Of a stretch of 64,000 nt of DNA, positions 28,909 through 38,653 are shown piece after piece. Below the pieces are notes generated by a model. The model did no database searches. It was given only the letters and a program-made list of their open reading frames with translations, and was not told the DNA's origin. This stretch comes from Verrucomicrobiota bacterium (GTDB lineage Bacteria > Verrucomicrobiota > Verrucomicrobiia > Verrucomicrobiales > DEV007): NCBI GenBank assembly GCA_045046875.1, contig JASFYY010000049.1, positions 15,039 to 79,038 of the forward strand, read 5' to 3'. The position numbers and the translations under genes were made by a program. The stretch's first letter is position 1, and each line of letters begins with the position of its first letter.

Positions 28909-31900
28909 TTATTTATCTGTTTTTTGAGGGGATAGGGCGATGATGGCAAAAGCACGCGAGGGAAGGGTTATTTTAAATCCCTGTTCGGTGGGGGTGATGG
29001 GTGATTTCACGTATTCTGAAGTCAGGGCATTTTGTGAGGCTTGACCCAAATTGATGAGAGCCGTTTGTTGTTTTTTTGATACGTTACCGACAATGATCAG
29101 TTTTTGCTCATTCTGGCAAGTGTAATAACTGATTTTGACGGCACGATTGTCGCTGACCATTTCTTTTTGTTGATCATGAAAATGCATCTCGGCGTTATCG
29201 AGATCGTATTTAAGCGCGATGCCCCACCAACGGTCGATCACAGCACCATCGCAGTAGGCCATCGACACAGGAATGTCGTTGAGCAGGAGTTTGGTCAGCA
29301 TGGCTTCGGTTTGTTCGGTGGTGCCGTAGCTTTTGTCGGCACGGCTTAAATTGGGCAGGAAGAGGATACCGCTGCCGTGGGCATGCATGTTGAGTTCACT
29401 TCGAAAAACGGCATCGGGGATGTCGTCGGAATAGATGTAAGGGCTGTTTTTTCTCAGTAGAGCAGAGGCGTACTGCTCGCCGGGGTACCAGTAGTCGGCG
29501 AAGCTGTGGCATACAGGATTGTAGTAGGAGTGGGCGTGGTAAATGGTGTTGCGTCCTCGGTCGTGACTGTACTGCATCGTGCGGCGCAGGTGTTGGCGCA
29601 GACCGAGAAGTATCATTCGTTGAATGGGACGCTCGAATCGGTCTTTGAACGCGCAGCCGTGAAGAGCATTCGAGCAGGAGGTGTTGCCTGATAGATCATA
29701 ATAGATCGCGCTGACTCGTTGTTTGGGGTGATCAAACAGAAGGCGAATGTTGTTGAGGATGTAATCACTGTAAGCGGTGTGCGGGCAGGTATTGGTTTGC
29801 AGGCATTTGATCTCGTGGTGTTTGCGCTTGTCGTGAAAGGGCACAATAGGACCGCCGGGCAGTTCCCAGTAACGGGCAAAATATTTGCCTTCAGGTTCGT
29901 AGTTATTCAAGGCGGTGGCGCCGCCATAGATGGCGAGGTGGTCCATGGTGGCGAGGGGATTGGGTAGCCATTTTCTCGCAGCGAGCTTGTCCATGTAGTC
30001 GCCAAAATCCTTGTCGGGTTTGAAGGTGAATACAGAGGTTAAACCTGCGCCTTGATGGGAGACCAGGGCGACATCGAGGTTTTTGTATTTCACGCCGCCG
30101 CCACTACCGAGGCGATAGGTGCGTGAGCGTTTGGGCAGGGGGCGAGAAGGAGTGGCAATGAAGAGAGCATGATAGGGGACGTCGTCCGGGAGTTGAGTGC
30201 TGTGGGAAATCATTTCGACTTCACAGTGTCCTTGTTTTGTTTTTGGATCGATGGTGACCCGCAGGGGGCGATCGGTTTTGTTGTAGATCCAGTTGGCGTC
30301 GTGTTCGAGTGTCCAGCAGAAGCCTTTTTTATCCGAGGTCAGCCATAGTTGGGAAACATTGCGGCGATCATTCAAATTGAGGGGGAAGGTGAATTTTCCA
30401 TCATCGCTGGTTTTCAGCAGTGGGCTGAGTAGGTATTTAGAATACGGGGGGGCGACATCCCAGACAAGTTTCATCGATTCGATGAGGGGTTTGCCTTTGA
30501 CGACAAAATCGTAACGGATCAGGCCATCGAATTCGATTCGGGTTGTGCAATCAAGGGTGAAGTTTGCTGATTCAGCTGTTCCCTTGATATCAATAAAAGT
30601 ATTTTTTTTAGTGATCGATTTGCGGGTGTATTTGATGAGGGCTTCACCTGCGGGAGTTCGGATGATAAGTTTGGGGCCTGAAACAAGCAACGAGTCTCCG
30701 TGGTGGAGGATTTTTTCAGGTAGTGGCGAATTTCCGAAATGGTATTCACGTCCCCACATTTTGATAATGTTCTTTTTGTCGATGGAAAGAGGGGTCCATG
30801 GCGCAGGCACCCGGTCTTCCAAGCCCAGGGTATTGTCGTGCCATTGGGTAGTTGGGCGTTGGAATTCCCGCTTGAGTTTTTTCTGTTCACCTGCGGAATT
30901 GGTGAGCGTGAGTTCGAGGTGATGTTTCCCGGCTTGGGTGATGTTATTGAAAATTCGATGGGTTTGCAACTTTGTCAGTTTCCAATCACCACTCTGTTGG
31001 GAGGAGTCGGGCAGGGTGAGTTGGTAGTTGAGTTTGAGTTTTTTTTGTTCGAGCTCTTTGCGCCAGTTTTGTGGTAAGGATGCGAAGTCCAGGGAAACAT
31101 CGAGGCGATCAAGCGGGCCTTGAGCGTCGTCCACCCCGTCGATGCTCAGATCAAAAGGAGGCAGCTCCACGGTGGTTATAGAATCAACCAGAGCATGGTA
31201 TTGACGTTTGATTTCCAGTGCGGTGAGTGGGCGCCGATAAATAGCCATGTCATCGATAGCTGTTTTGCCTGATTCCTCAGCTCCTGTCCACATCATTTGG
31301 CGGATGCCTAACCAGGAGCGTTTGGCTTCAGGAATGAGCTCTTGGGTTTCGGCGACCACTGCGGGTAAAGGCACTGTCGATTGGATTTCACCATTGAGAT
31401 ATACTTTTATTTTTTTCTCATCCCAAGTGGCGGCCAGTTGAAACCATTGCCCGGCTTTGATTCCGGTGAGTGGCGCCGAAGCAATGGTAAGGACGCCCTT
31501 CTCCGTCTCGGAACTTTGCCAGTAAAAATTCGCAGTGGGACTGGTGAAATATTGATAGAAAAAAAGGGTCACCCATTTTTTGCCCTGATAGAATCGGGCG
31601 AAAACATAGGGTTTGTGTGTCTTGATTGGATCACTGACACTGACCGCTTCTGGGTCATAGTCCTGGGCCATAACCCAGAAAGTCATCGTGCCTTGACGGT
31701 GGTCTATATTGCCGTCAACCGGGTAGTGGAGCTTTTCTTCATCATTTCTGCTGAAGGCATTTTGTCCGTCAAAGCCGGGAACGATGCGGAACTCCAAATT
31801 GCCGTCTCCAAAGGTGGAGCTGTCCGGATTGCCAAGAGCCCGGTCAGCCGCGACGGATTTCCCATCAAATGTGAGCAAAAAAGAAAGGTCGGGGTGCTTT

Positions 31901-32034
31901 GCTTTTTCCGCAGTCGGGATCTGTTTATAAAGTGTCTGTTGGTCCTGTGCGTAAGATTCTGCAAGGGGAGTCGTAAGCAGCAGTAGCAGCGTAAAATAAT
32001 AAAGTTGCTGAAAAAGTCGAATGGGCGGTGCCAT
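28909..32034 (-). CDS. Large secreted LamG + putative glycoside hydrolase (DUF6067-like) protein
   Basis: Signal peptide; LamG motifs (WFQLAATWD, IDDMAIY); VPAPWTP; IYYD; YPGEQ. Confidence 0.6.
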   Translation of the reverse strand: MAPPIRLFQQLYYFTLLLLLTTPLAESYAQDQQTLYKQIPTAEKAKHPDLSFLLTFDGKSVAADRALGNPDSSTFGDGNLEFRIVPGFDGQNAFSRNDEEKLHYPVDGNIDHRQGTMTFWVMAQDYDPEAVSVSDPIKTHKPYVFARFYQGKKWVTLFFYQYFTSPTANFYWQSSETEKGVLTIASAPLTGIKAGQWFQLAATWDEKKIKVYLNGEIQSTVPLPAVVAETQELIPEAKRSWLGIRQMMWTGAEESGKTAIDDMAIYRRPLTALEIKRQYHALVDSITTVELPPFDLSIDGVDDAQGPLDRLDVSLDFASLPQNWRKELEQKKLKLNYQLTLPDSSQQSGDWKLTKLQTHRIFNNITQAGKHHLELTLTNSAGEQKKLKREFQRPTTQWHDNTLGLEDRVPAPWTPLSIDKKNIIKMWGREYHFGNSPLPEKILHHGDSLLVSGPKLIIRTPAGEALIKYTRKSITKKNTFIDIKGTAESANFTLDCTTRIEFDGLIRYDFVVKGKPLIESMKLVWDVAPPYSKYLLSPLLKTSDDGKFTFPLNLNDRRNVSQLWLTSDKKGFCWTLEHDANWIYNKTDRPLRVTIDPKTKQGHCEVEMISHSTQLPDDVPYHALFIATPSRPLPKRSRTYRLGSGGGVKYKNLDVALVSHQGAGLTSVFTFKPDKDFGDYMDKLAARKWLPNPLATMDHLAIYGGATALNNYEPEGKYFARYWELPGGPIVPFHDKRKHHEIKCLQTNTCPHTAYSDYILNNIRLLFDHPKQRVSAIYYDLSGNTSCSNALHGCAFKDRFERPIQRMILLGLRQHLRRTMQYSHDRGRNTIYHAHSYYNPVCHSFADYWYPGEQYASALLRKNSPYIYSDDIPDAVFRSELNMHAHGSGILFLPNLSRADKSYGTTEQTEAMLTKLLLNDIPVSMAYCDGAVIDRWWGIALKYDLDNAEMHFHDQQKEMVSDNRAVKISYYTCQNEQKLIIVGNVSKKQQTALINLGQASQNALTSEYVKSPITPTEQGFKITLPSRAFAIIALSPQKTDK

Positions 32035-32071
32035 GTCAAAATGGGGTCAGGCAACAAATCTTGACAAACTG

Positions 32072-33451
32072 TTACTTGGCGGTTTTTTCGGCCTTCCAGA
32101 TTGGGGCGTCACGCGGGATGCGTGAGGGGAAATCGCCGAGTCCTGCCCAGATGTGAGGGGTGGTGAGATCGACTTCGCTGACGATGACTTGTCCCTGGTG
32201 ATCGGCGGTTTCGATGCGGCGTCCTTCACGATCCCAGATGGCGGTTTTGATCCATTTGTGTTTGGGGTCGGTGTAGGTGGAGGAGACGATGTAAACGCCG
32301 TTTTCTGCGCAGCGGGCTGTGACCAGTTCGGGGTTGCAGCCCCACACGGGCAGGGCGATGATCTCGGCTCCGTTGAGGGCGAGGCGGCGGGCGACTTCGG
32401 GAAAAAATGCGTCGTAACAAACCATCATGCCAAGTTTGCCAAATTTGGTGTCAAAGACAGGATAGGAATCGCCAGGCACCATACCGCTGATATTTTCACC
32501 GCGTGGCAGGGAGGTCTTGCGATATTTGCCCGCCACTTTGCCATCGGGATCGATCAACACGGCGACGTTGTAAACAAGATTGGTTTTGGCTTCTTTTTCC
32601 ATCAGGCCGACAACGATGTAGAGGTCGTGTTTTTTTGCCAAGGTGCCGAAATAGTCGGTCGAGGGCCCTGGGATGGCTTCGGCGACTTCGGGGTAAGATC
32701 GGCGGGGTTTGATGCCGGCAACGGTGATGGTTTCTCCTAATACCACTAGGTCGGCTTTTTTCTCTGCTGCTTCGGCTACAAAAGGGGCAAATTGTTTGCA
32801 TACCTCCAAGGCGGTCGATGCACCTTTGGGGTAGTAATGCACTGCCGCGAGCCGGACCTTGCGAGGTGCGGGTGGGTCACTGGCCGCAAAGGAAACCTTG
32901 CGCCAGCTAAGTGTGCCTTCCGGAGCCCAGCGGAAACGCAGGGTGACGATGGCTTGGGTGGCTTTGTCGGGAGCGAGGTAACTGTCGTTGACGCTGGTCC
33001 AGCCGTCGTTGCTGGTTTCCTTGTCCCTTGGGTAGTCAGGGCGGGCGCGCGAAGTGGTTTCGCCGAAGTATTCCGGATTGACCGCATGGGGGGAGGTGAC
33101 GGAGCTGCCTTTGTCGTTCTGCCATTCGATTTCCACCACGGTGCTGCGGCGTGGATAAGGCACGTTCTGGGTGTGGCGTTCGGCCTCGAAATGGTAATAC
33201 TCGCCACCTTTGACAGGGAAGGTTTTTCTCCAAAAACCGTGCACGCCTTTGCTTTTTCCTGCCTGGCTACTGAATTGTTTTTTGTCTTTATCGTAGGAGA
33301 AGCTTGGAGCAAGGTCGGGCAGGGGGGCCCCGGTAGTCCAACCGTCGGGGGTGTTGGCCGGAGGGGGGAGCAAAGTGTCCTTCTGAGGGCCGGCAGAAAG
33401 TTGCAGCAGCGACAGGCTGAAAAGAACGAGGGTGATGACTAGAGGTTTCAT
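32072..33451 (-). CDS. Secreted carbon-nitrogen hydrolase (nitrilase family) with N-terminal beta-sandwich domain
   Basis: DLVVLGE, YRK, VCYD triad motifs; signal peptide. Confidence 0.88.
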   Translation of the reverse strand: MKPLVITLVLFSLSLLQLSAGPQKDTLLPPPANTPDGWTTGAPLPDLAPSFSYDKDKKQFSSQAGKSKGVHGFWRKTFPVKGGEYYHFEAERHTQNVPYPRRSTVVEIEWQNDKGSSVTSPHAVNPEYFGETTSRARPDYPRDKETSNDGWTSVNDSYLAPDKATQAIVTLRFRWAPEGTLSWRKVSFAASDPPAPRKVRLAAVHYYPKGASTALEVCKQFAPFVAEAAEKKADLVVLGETITVAGIKPRRSYPEVAEAIPGPSTDYFGTLAKKHDLYIVVGLMEKEAKTNLVYNVAVLIDPDGKVAGKYRKTSLPRGENISGMVPGDSYPVFDTKFGKLGMMVCYDAFFPEVARRLALNGAEIIALPVWGCNPELVTARCAENGVYIVSSTYTDPKHKWIKTAIWDREGRRIETADHQGQVIVSEVDLTTPHIWAGLGDFPSRIPRDAPIWKAEKTAK

Positions 33452-33557
33452 GAGGGGAATGTCAGGGACATCGGTGGGTTTGGCAATAATTGGTTTCCGT
33501 AAGTGCCACAAGGTAAAAGGAACTTGTTTGGGCTTTGAATTTTGGTATGATTTACGC

Positions 33558-34340
33558 ATGACGGGCGAGGAGGATTACCGAGAGTTTCAGCAGGATTTTT
33601 TTGACCGGATGGGAGAGGCGCGGAGTTTGGCCAGTTTGTTTGACTTTGTACCGGATGTTTATTTTTATCTAAAGGATGAGCAGAGTCGATTCATCAAAGT
33701 GAATGAGCCGATGCTCAGGACGCATGGTTTGAAGCATGAGTCGGAGATGCTGGGTAAAAATGATTTTGATTTCCATCTGCCGTTGTTGGCGGCTCAGTAT
33801 ATTGATGAAGACCGGCGGGTGAGGGAGAGTGGCAAAGCTTTGCCGAATCAAGTGTGGCTGGTTCCCAACTCATCGGGTATGTTGTTTTGGTATTTATCCA
33901 GCAAGGTGCCGGTTTTTGACAAAACGGGCAAGGTGATTGGCATTGCGGGCGCGATGGTGCGGATGGATCAGGTGGGGTCGGTGGTCGAACCTTACCGGGA
34001 AATGACCCCATCGGTGGCTTATGTGATGAATCACTATGCGGAGCGTATTTCGATCCGTGGACTGGCGGAGATGACGGGTTTGTCTTTGAGTCAGTTTGAC
34101 CGTCGTTTCAAGGATTTGTTTCAGATGACCCCTTCGGATTATATCCATCGGGTGCGGGTGAACGCGGCACGCAGTTTGTTGGAGAAATCAGGTGACAGTA
34201 TCGGAGAGATCGCTATCGATTGTGGTTTTTACGATCAGAGCCATTTCACCAAACGGTTCAAGCGGGTGCTTGGGATGAGTCCGAGTGCGTATCGGAAGCG
34301 TTATGCTAAGAAGGGCTTCGCGGGGGGTGGGGAATGTTGA
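33558..34340 (+). CDS. PAS-domain AraC-family transcriptional regulator
   Basis: FYLKDEQSRF PAS; C-terminal CGFYDQSHFTKRFK.V.GMSP; divergent from the CN hydrolase. Confidence 0.9.
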   Translation: MTGEEDYREFQQDFFDRMGEARSLASLFDFVPDVYFYLKDEQSRFIKVNEPMLRTHGLKHESEMLGKNDFDFHLPLLAAQYIDEDRRVRESGKALPNQVWLVPNSSGMLFWYLSSKVPVFDKTGKVIGIAGAMVRMDQVGSVVEPYREMTPSVAYVMNHYAERISIRGLAEMTGLSLSQFDRRFKDLFQMTPSDYIHRVRVNAARSLLEKSGDSIGEIAIDCGFYDQSHFTKRFKRVLGMSPSAYRKRYAKKGFAGGGEC

Positions 34341-34439
34341 GCCGAGTTTGCGAGACAGCTGGAGGATGCCCCCGAAAGCAGTATTGAACAAGGAACAGGG
34401 GAATGATGAAGTGAAGAGGGAGGGATTGTTCTTCAATCC

Positions 34440-35837
34440 CTACTTTTTCTTTGGTTTTACCGTGCGGGATTTCATTTTGAAAATCAGAGGTAGACCGATC
34501 AACGGAATTTCGGCACGGATTTTTTTCTCTAGATAACGCTCGTAGGTGCGGGTGAGCAGGTTGGCGTAGTTGACAAAGAGGATGTATTCCGGGCTGGGGA
34601 TAAGCATGGGTTGATCGTGACGGCGCTGGGTGCAGTAGAGTAATTTGAGGCGTTTGCCACCTTTGCGAGGTGGCGGGGTGGCCTCGATGGCTTCGCGTAG
34701 CAGTCGATTGAGATTGCCGGTGCCGATCGGTTTGCTGGCAGTTTTTTTGATCCGGCGGATCGATTTAAAAATCTGATTGAGGAATTCGCCTTCTAAGGCC
34801 GATACGGCGATCAGCGGAGCGTAGTCGAGAAAAAACAGATCTTGGCGGATCGATTCTTCGAGGTTTTCAATACGGTCGCGGAATTTGCCTTCAGGGTGGT
34901 AGAGGTCAAATTTGTTGAGCACGATGATGCAGGGTTTTTCGGTCTCCATGATCATGCGTGCGATGCGTCGATCCTGGGCGACAACGCCTTTGGCGCAGTC
35001 GATGGTGAGCAGGCAGATGTCGGCACGGCGAATGCTGCGTTCGGCGCGCATGGCGCTGAAGACCTCGACCGAGCTGTCACGGCGGGTTTTTCTGCGCATG
35101 CCAGCGGTATCGATTAGTAGGTAGGGATCGTCACCTCGGGTATAAGGCACGTCGATGGCATCGCGGGTGGTGCCGGCCACGTCACTGACGATGGTGCGTT
35201 CGTCTTTGAGGATGGCATTGATGAGAGAGGATTTGCCGACGTTGGGACGACCGACGATGGCGACTTTGACCGGTTCTTCTTTTTTCTCATCTTCGGCTTC
35301 GGCTTCGGCGGTGATCGGGGAAAAGCCCAGGGCGTCCAAGTGTTGGTCGACGGTTTGTATGAGTTGGTCAAAATGGCGTCCGTGGGCGGCACTGACAGAA
35401 ATGGCCTGATCAAATCCAAGGGCAGAAAAAACGGCTGCGTTGTTGTCCACTTTGACATCGTCGATTTTATTGACGATCAGCAGCACGGGGGTATTGGAAC
35501 GGTGCAAGTGCTGGGCCAGGTCGTGGTCGATCGGGGTGAGATCTTCACGTCCATCGACGACAAAGAGGATGAGATCCGAGGATTCCATGGCGATATCGGC
35601 CTCAGTGCGGATCTGGGCGGAAAAGGCGTCATCCAAAAAGGCGCCAATACCGCCGGTGTCCGTGACTTCGAAGGTGATGTCGCCTTGTTTGCACTCGGCG
35701 GCGATGCGGTCGCGGGTGATGCCAGGTTCGTCGTGCACAATAGAGATTCTCCGTCCGGCGAGACGGTTGAATAAGGCTGATTTTCCGACATTAGGTCTGC
35801 CGACGATAGCCACACGGGCTTGGTGCAAAGTTTTCAA
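34440..35837 (-). CDS. der: Ribosome biogenesis GTPase Der (EngA)
   Basis: Two GRPNVGKS G-domains, GITRD/GTTRD, DTGG/DTAG, NKID/NKFD. Confidence 0.97.
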   Translation of the reverse strand: MKTLHQARVAIVGRPNVGKSALFNRLAGRRISIVHDEPGITRDRIAAECKQGDITFEVTDTGGIGAFLDDAFSAQIRTEADIAMESSDLILFVVDGREDLTPIDHDLAQHLHRSNTPVLLIVNKIDDVKVDNNAAVFSALGFDQAISVSAAHGRHFDQLIQTVDQHLDALGFSPITAEAEAEDEKKEEPVKVAIVGRPNVGKSSLINAILKDERTIVSDVAGTTRDAIDVPYTRGDDPYLLIDTAGMRRKTRRDSSVEVFSAMRAERSIRRADICLLTIDCAKGVVAQDRRIARMIMETEKPCIIVLNKFDLYHPEGKFRDRIENLEESIRQDLFFLDYAPLIAVSALEGEFLNQIFKSIRRIKKTASKPIGTGNLNRLLREAIEATPPPRKGGKRLKLLYCTQRRHDQPMLIPSPEYILFVNYANLLTRTYERYLEKKIRAEIPLIGLPLIFKMKSRTVKPKKK

Positions 35838-35940
35838 AATAACTGGATGTCCCTAGTGAATAATAAGGGGGCGAAGTGCGGAGAGTGTTTCCCATAGCAC
35901 TTATTTGGGAGCTTTCAAGTGAATGGGCTTGAAATTAGGG

Positions 35941-36006
35941 ATTTGAGATTTGAGCCGGAGCGAAGTCCAGACAGCCGGAAGGATACGGCTCGAAGGCCAA
36001 TTTGAG
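35941..36006 (+). repeat. ATTTGAG heptamer array interrupted by a 45-nt hairpin insert
   Basis: ATTTGAG ATTTGAG [ccggagcgaagtccagacagccggaaggatacggctcgaaggcca] ATTTGAG. Confidence 0.65.
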
Positions 36007-36020
36007 AGGATTTTCGGCGG

Positions 36021-37013
36021 TCACATGAAGTCATCGATGTAGGTATCAATGATTTGCATCAGGGTCGATGGCGGTGGGACGCCGATTTTGAGGGCTCGGG
36101 CACCGTCGGTGGCGGTGGGCCAGGTGGCGACGATACGGCGAATGGTTTCATCCGGGCTGTCAATAATGGGGCCGAGGGTGATGTTGCGGCTGGCAGCAGC
36201 TTCTTCGAGGTTCTCGATCATCTCGGCCACGCTGTGTTGGATGCTTGGCAGGCCGTAGGCTCGGTCGTCACCAAGGACATCCGGCTTGGCTTCGTGCAGG
36301 GCGATGAAGGAATCGATCACATCACGGTAACCTAACACAGGCATCAGTTGAGCGCGGTCGACGGGCAGTTCACAGGTTTGACCGGCGAGGGGCTCGCGCA
36401 AAACACCGCTGGCAAAACTGGAGGCGGCGGTATTGGGTTTGCCTGGCCGGATGATGATGGTCGGCAGGCGGGCGGAGCGACCGTCGATGAAACCTTTGCG
36501 GCTGTAGTCGTTGATCAAAAGTTCGCCAATCACTTTGGTCATTCCGTAAGTGGTTTGTGGGGTGCGTTTGGTGCTGTCAGACACAGTCTCCGGCATGACT
36601 TCGCCTCCAAAGGCGGCGATGCTGCTGGTGAAAACCAAACGCGGGGTGCTGATGCGGGCGCGACAGGCTTCCAGTAGATGGCGTTGACCGTCGAGGTTGA
36701 TGTTGATGGCGTCATCGAAGCGGACTTCGCATTCACCACTGACCATCGAAGCGAGGTGGAAGACCGAAATGTCATCGCGATCGATGAGGGAGCTTACCTG
36801 GTCCCGGTCTGAAATATCACCGGTGACCCAGCTCATTTGTGGATGATCCTCGAGGCCGCTTTTGGCGGCATCGGAAAGGTGGGTATCAAACAGCAGGATT
36901 TCGTCGATCACTGTGGCTTGCCCTGACGGCGCGGTTAACTCACCACGTTTGATGAGTTGACGGGCGAGTTGATTGCCGAGGAAACCTCCTCCTCCTGTGA
37001 TAACAACTTTCAT
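36021..37013 (-). CDS. NAD-dependent epimerase/dehydratase, D-erythronate dehydrogenase-like
   Basis: ITGGGGFLG, YGMTK, DYSRKGFIDGR..RLPT..RPGKPN.AASSF.S. Confidence 0.8.
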   Translation of the reverse strand: MKVVITGGGGFLGNQLARQLIKRGELTAPSGQATVIDEILLFDTHLSDAAKSGLEDHPQMSWVTGDISDRDQVSSLIDRDDISVFHLASMVSGECEVRFDDAININLDGQRHLLEACRARISTPRLVFTSSIAAFGGEVMPETVSDSTKRTPQTTYGMTKVIGELLINDYSRKGFIDGRSARLPTIIIRPGKPNTAASSFASGVLREPLAGQTCELPVDRAQLMPVLGYRDVIDSFIALHEAKPDVLGDDRAYGLPSIQHSVAEMIENLEEAAASRNITLGPIIDSPDETIRRIVATWPTATDGARALKIGVPPPSTLMQIIDTYIDDFM

Positions 37014-37088
37014 GAACGTGGATCTAATGCCTGTTGGGCTATGGTCGACATGAAAATAAGGTAACAGCTTTGAAGGTTGAATCAAGCA

Positions 37089-38630
37089 TTAGGACTCGGC
37101 GTGTTTATGGTCAGAGCGCGACAGCAGGTAACTCACGGCCAGGCCTACGATGAGGTTGACGAGTAGGGCGGCGGGGCCGGTCCATTGAAAGCTGATGGGG
37201 TCGTAACCGGTTTTTGGGTTCACTCCAAAGATCGAGCCAGAGAAGGCGATCAGGATGGCGGTGATCAGGCCACAGATCCAGCCTGCCCAGACGCCTGCGG
37301 GTTTGGAAAATTTCACAAACAGGGCGAAGAAAAACAGACAGAAGATGAGCGGGACAAAGAGGTTGACGGTTCTCTGGGTCATTCCGGTGATGTTGCCCGG
37401 GATTTTACTCATGAAGGGACTGGCGGCGATGAGGACAATGATTGCACCTACGCTGAAAGCAATAATTCTCGCCATTCGAACATGACCTTTTTCGTCTTTC
37501 GGGCTGCGTCCAAATCGATCAAGGAGGTCGGTGGTGACGACAGCGGTGATGGAATTGACTCCGGAATCAACGCTGGACATTGCCGCAGCAAACATGGCCG
37601 CGATGACGATCCCTGATACACCCGGAGGAAGATGGTAAGCGATGAATTGAGGAAAGATTTCATCCGCATTTTTTTTGAGATTCATTCCCTCGGGCAAGGC
37701 TTCGGGATTGGTTTGAAAATAACCGAGCAGGGCAACGCCGACAAAGCCAAGAGTGATACCAACGAGGGCACCTACAATCAGCTGGGTGGCAAAGGCCTTG
37801 CGTGCTGCTTTGACGTCGGTGGTTGCCATGAAGCGTTGGATCGAAACCTGGTCGCCGCCAGAGGTGCAGACGTACCAGACAAAAACACTGAGCACTGTTC
37901 CGAAGACTGTCACCCTTTCGGAAGGATCCCAGCTGAACAAGGGCTGTTGATCCCAATTTGAATGCCATTCAGTGGGAATCCAGCCGAAACCTCCAAAGTC
38001 AATGGTGACCATGATGATGACCAGTAAAGCTCCTCCAAAAAGTAGTATAGTCTGGATGAGGTCGGTGACAACGACAGCTCTCAGGCCTCCTAGTGTGGTG
38101 TAGGTAACTGAGACAATGCCTGTAAAGAGTATGATGTAGGGAATCCAATCATCATTGCCCCCGATCATGACAATCATGGCTTTGGATGCGAGAAAAATGA
38201 GCAAAGACATCCAGATCAGGCGTAGGGCAAGGAACATGGTGACGCCAAGCAAACGAATACTGAGTCCTAATTTTTCTTCTAGAAGTTCGTAAGCACTGGT
38301 GACCCGATGTTTCATGTAAACGGGCAGTAATACAAATGCGACTACCACAAAGATGAATGGATATGCGAGCATGGCCGTTATGTAAATGGGGCCTTTTCCG
38401 ATTACTTCGCCAGGAGTAGACAAATAGCTGATGGTGCTGAGTAGGGTAGCAAAGAGCGAGACACCGATCAGCATCCAGTTCATATTGCCACTGCCAGTGA
38501 AATACTCCTTGGTGCTTTCCTGTTTGCGTCCAAACCACCAACCAAGCACAATGGTGGAGGTAGCGTAAATCGCGACGATCACCCAGTCGATGATGGCGAG
38601 ACCGGAGGAAGCGGGGGTAGTGGCTAACAT
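37089..38630 (-). CDS. Sodium:solute symporter family transporter
   Basis: SLFATLLST.SY, SAYELLE, GGLRAVVVTD, DQV.IQRF, AAAMSSVDS. Confidence 0.92.
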   Translation of the reverse strand: MLATTPASSGLAIIDWVIVAIYATSTIVLGWWFGRKQESTKEYFTGSGNMNWMLIGVSLFATLLSTISYLSTPGEVIGKGPIYITAMLAYPFIFVVVAFVLLPVYMKHRVTSAYELLEEKLGLSIRLLGVTMFLALRLIWMSLLIFLASKAMIVMIGGNDDWIPYIILFTGIVSVTYTTLGGLRAVVVTDLIQTILLFGGALLVIIMVTIDFGGFGWIPTEWHSNWDQQPLFSWDPSERVTVFGTVLSVFVWYVCTSGGDQVSIQRFMATTDVKAARKAFATQLIVGALVGITLGFVGVALLGYFQTNPEALPEGMNLKKNADEIFPQFIAYHLPPGVSGIVIAAMFAAAMSSVDSGVNSITAVVTTDLLDRFGRSPKDEKGHVRMARIIAFSVGAIIVLIAASPFMSKIPGNITGMTQRTVNLFVPLIFCLFFFALFVKFSKPAGVWAGWICGLITAILIAFSGSIFGVNPKTGYDPISFQWTGPAALLVNLIVGLAVSYLLSRSDHKHAES

Positions 38631-38653
38631 GGTTGTAGGATAGGGGTAGGAGT

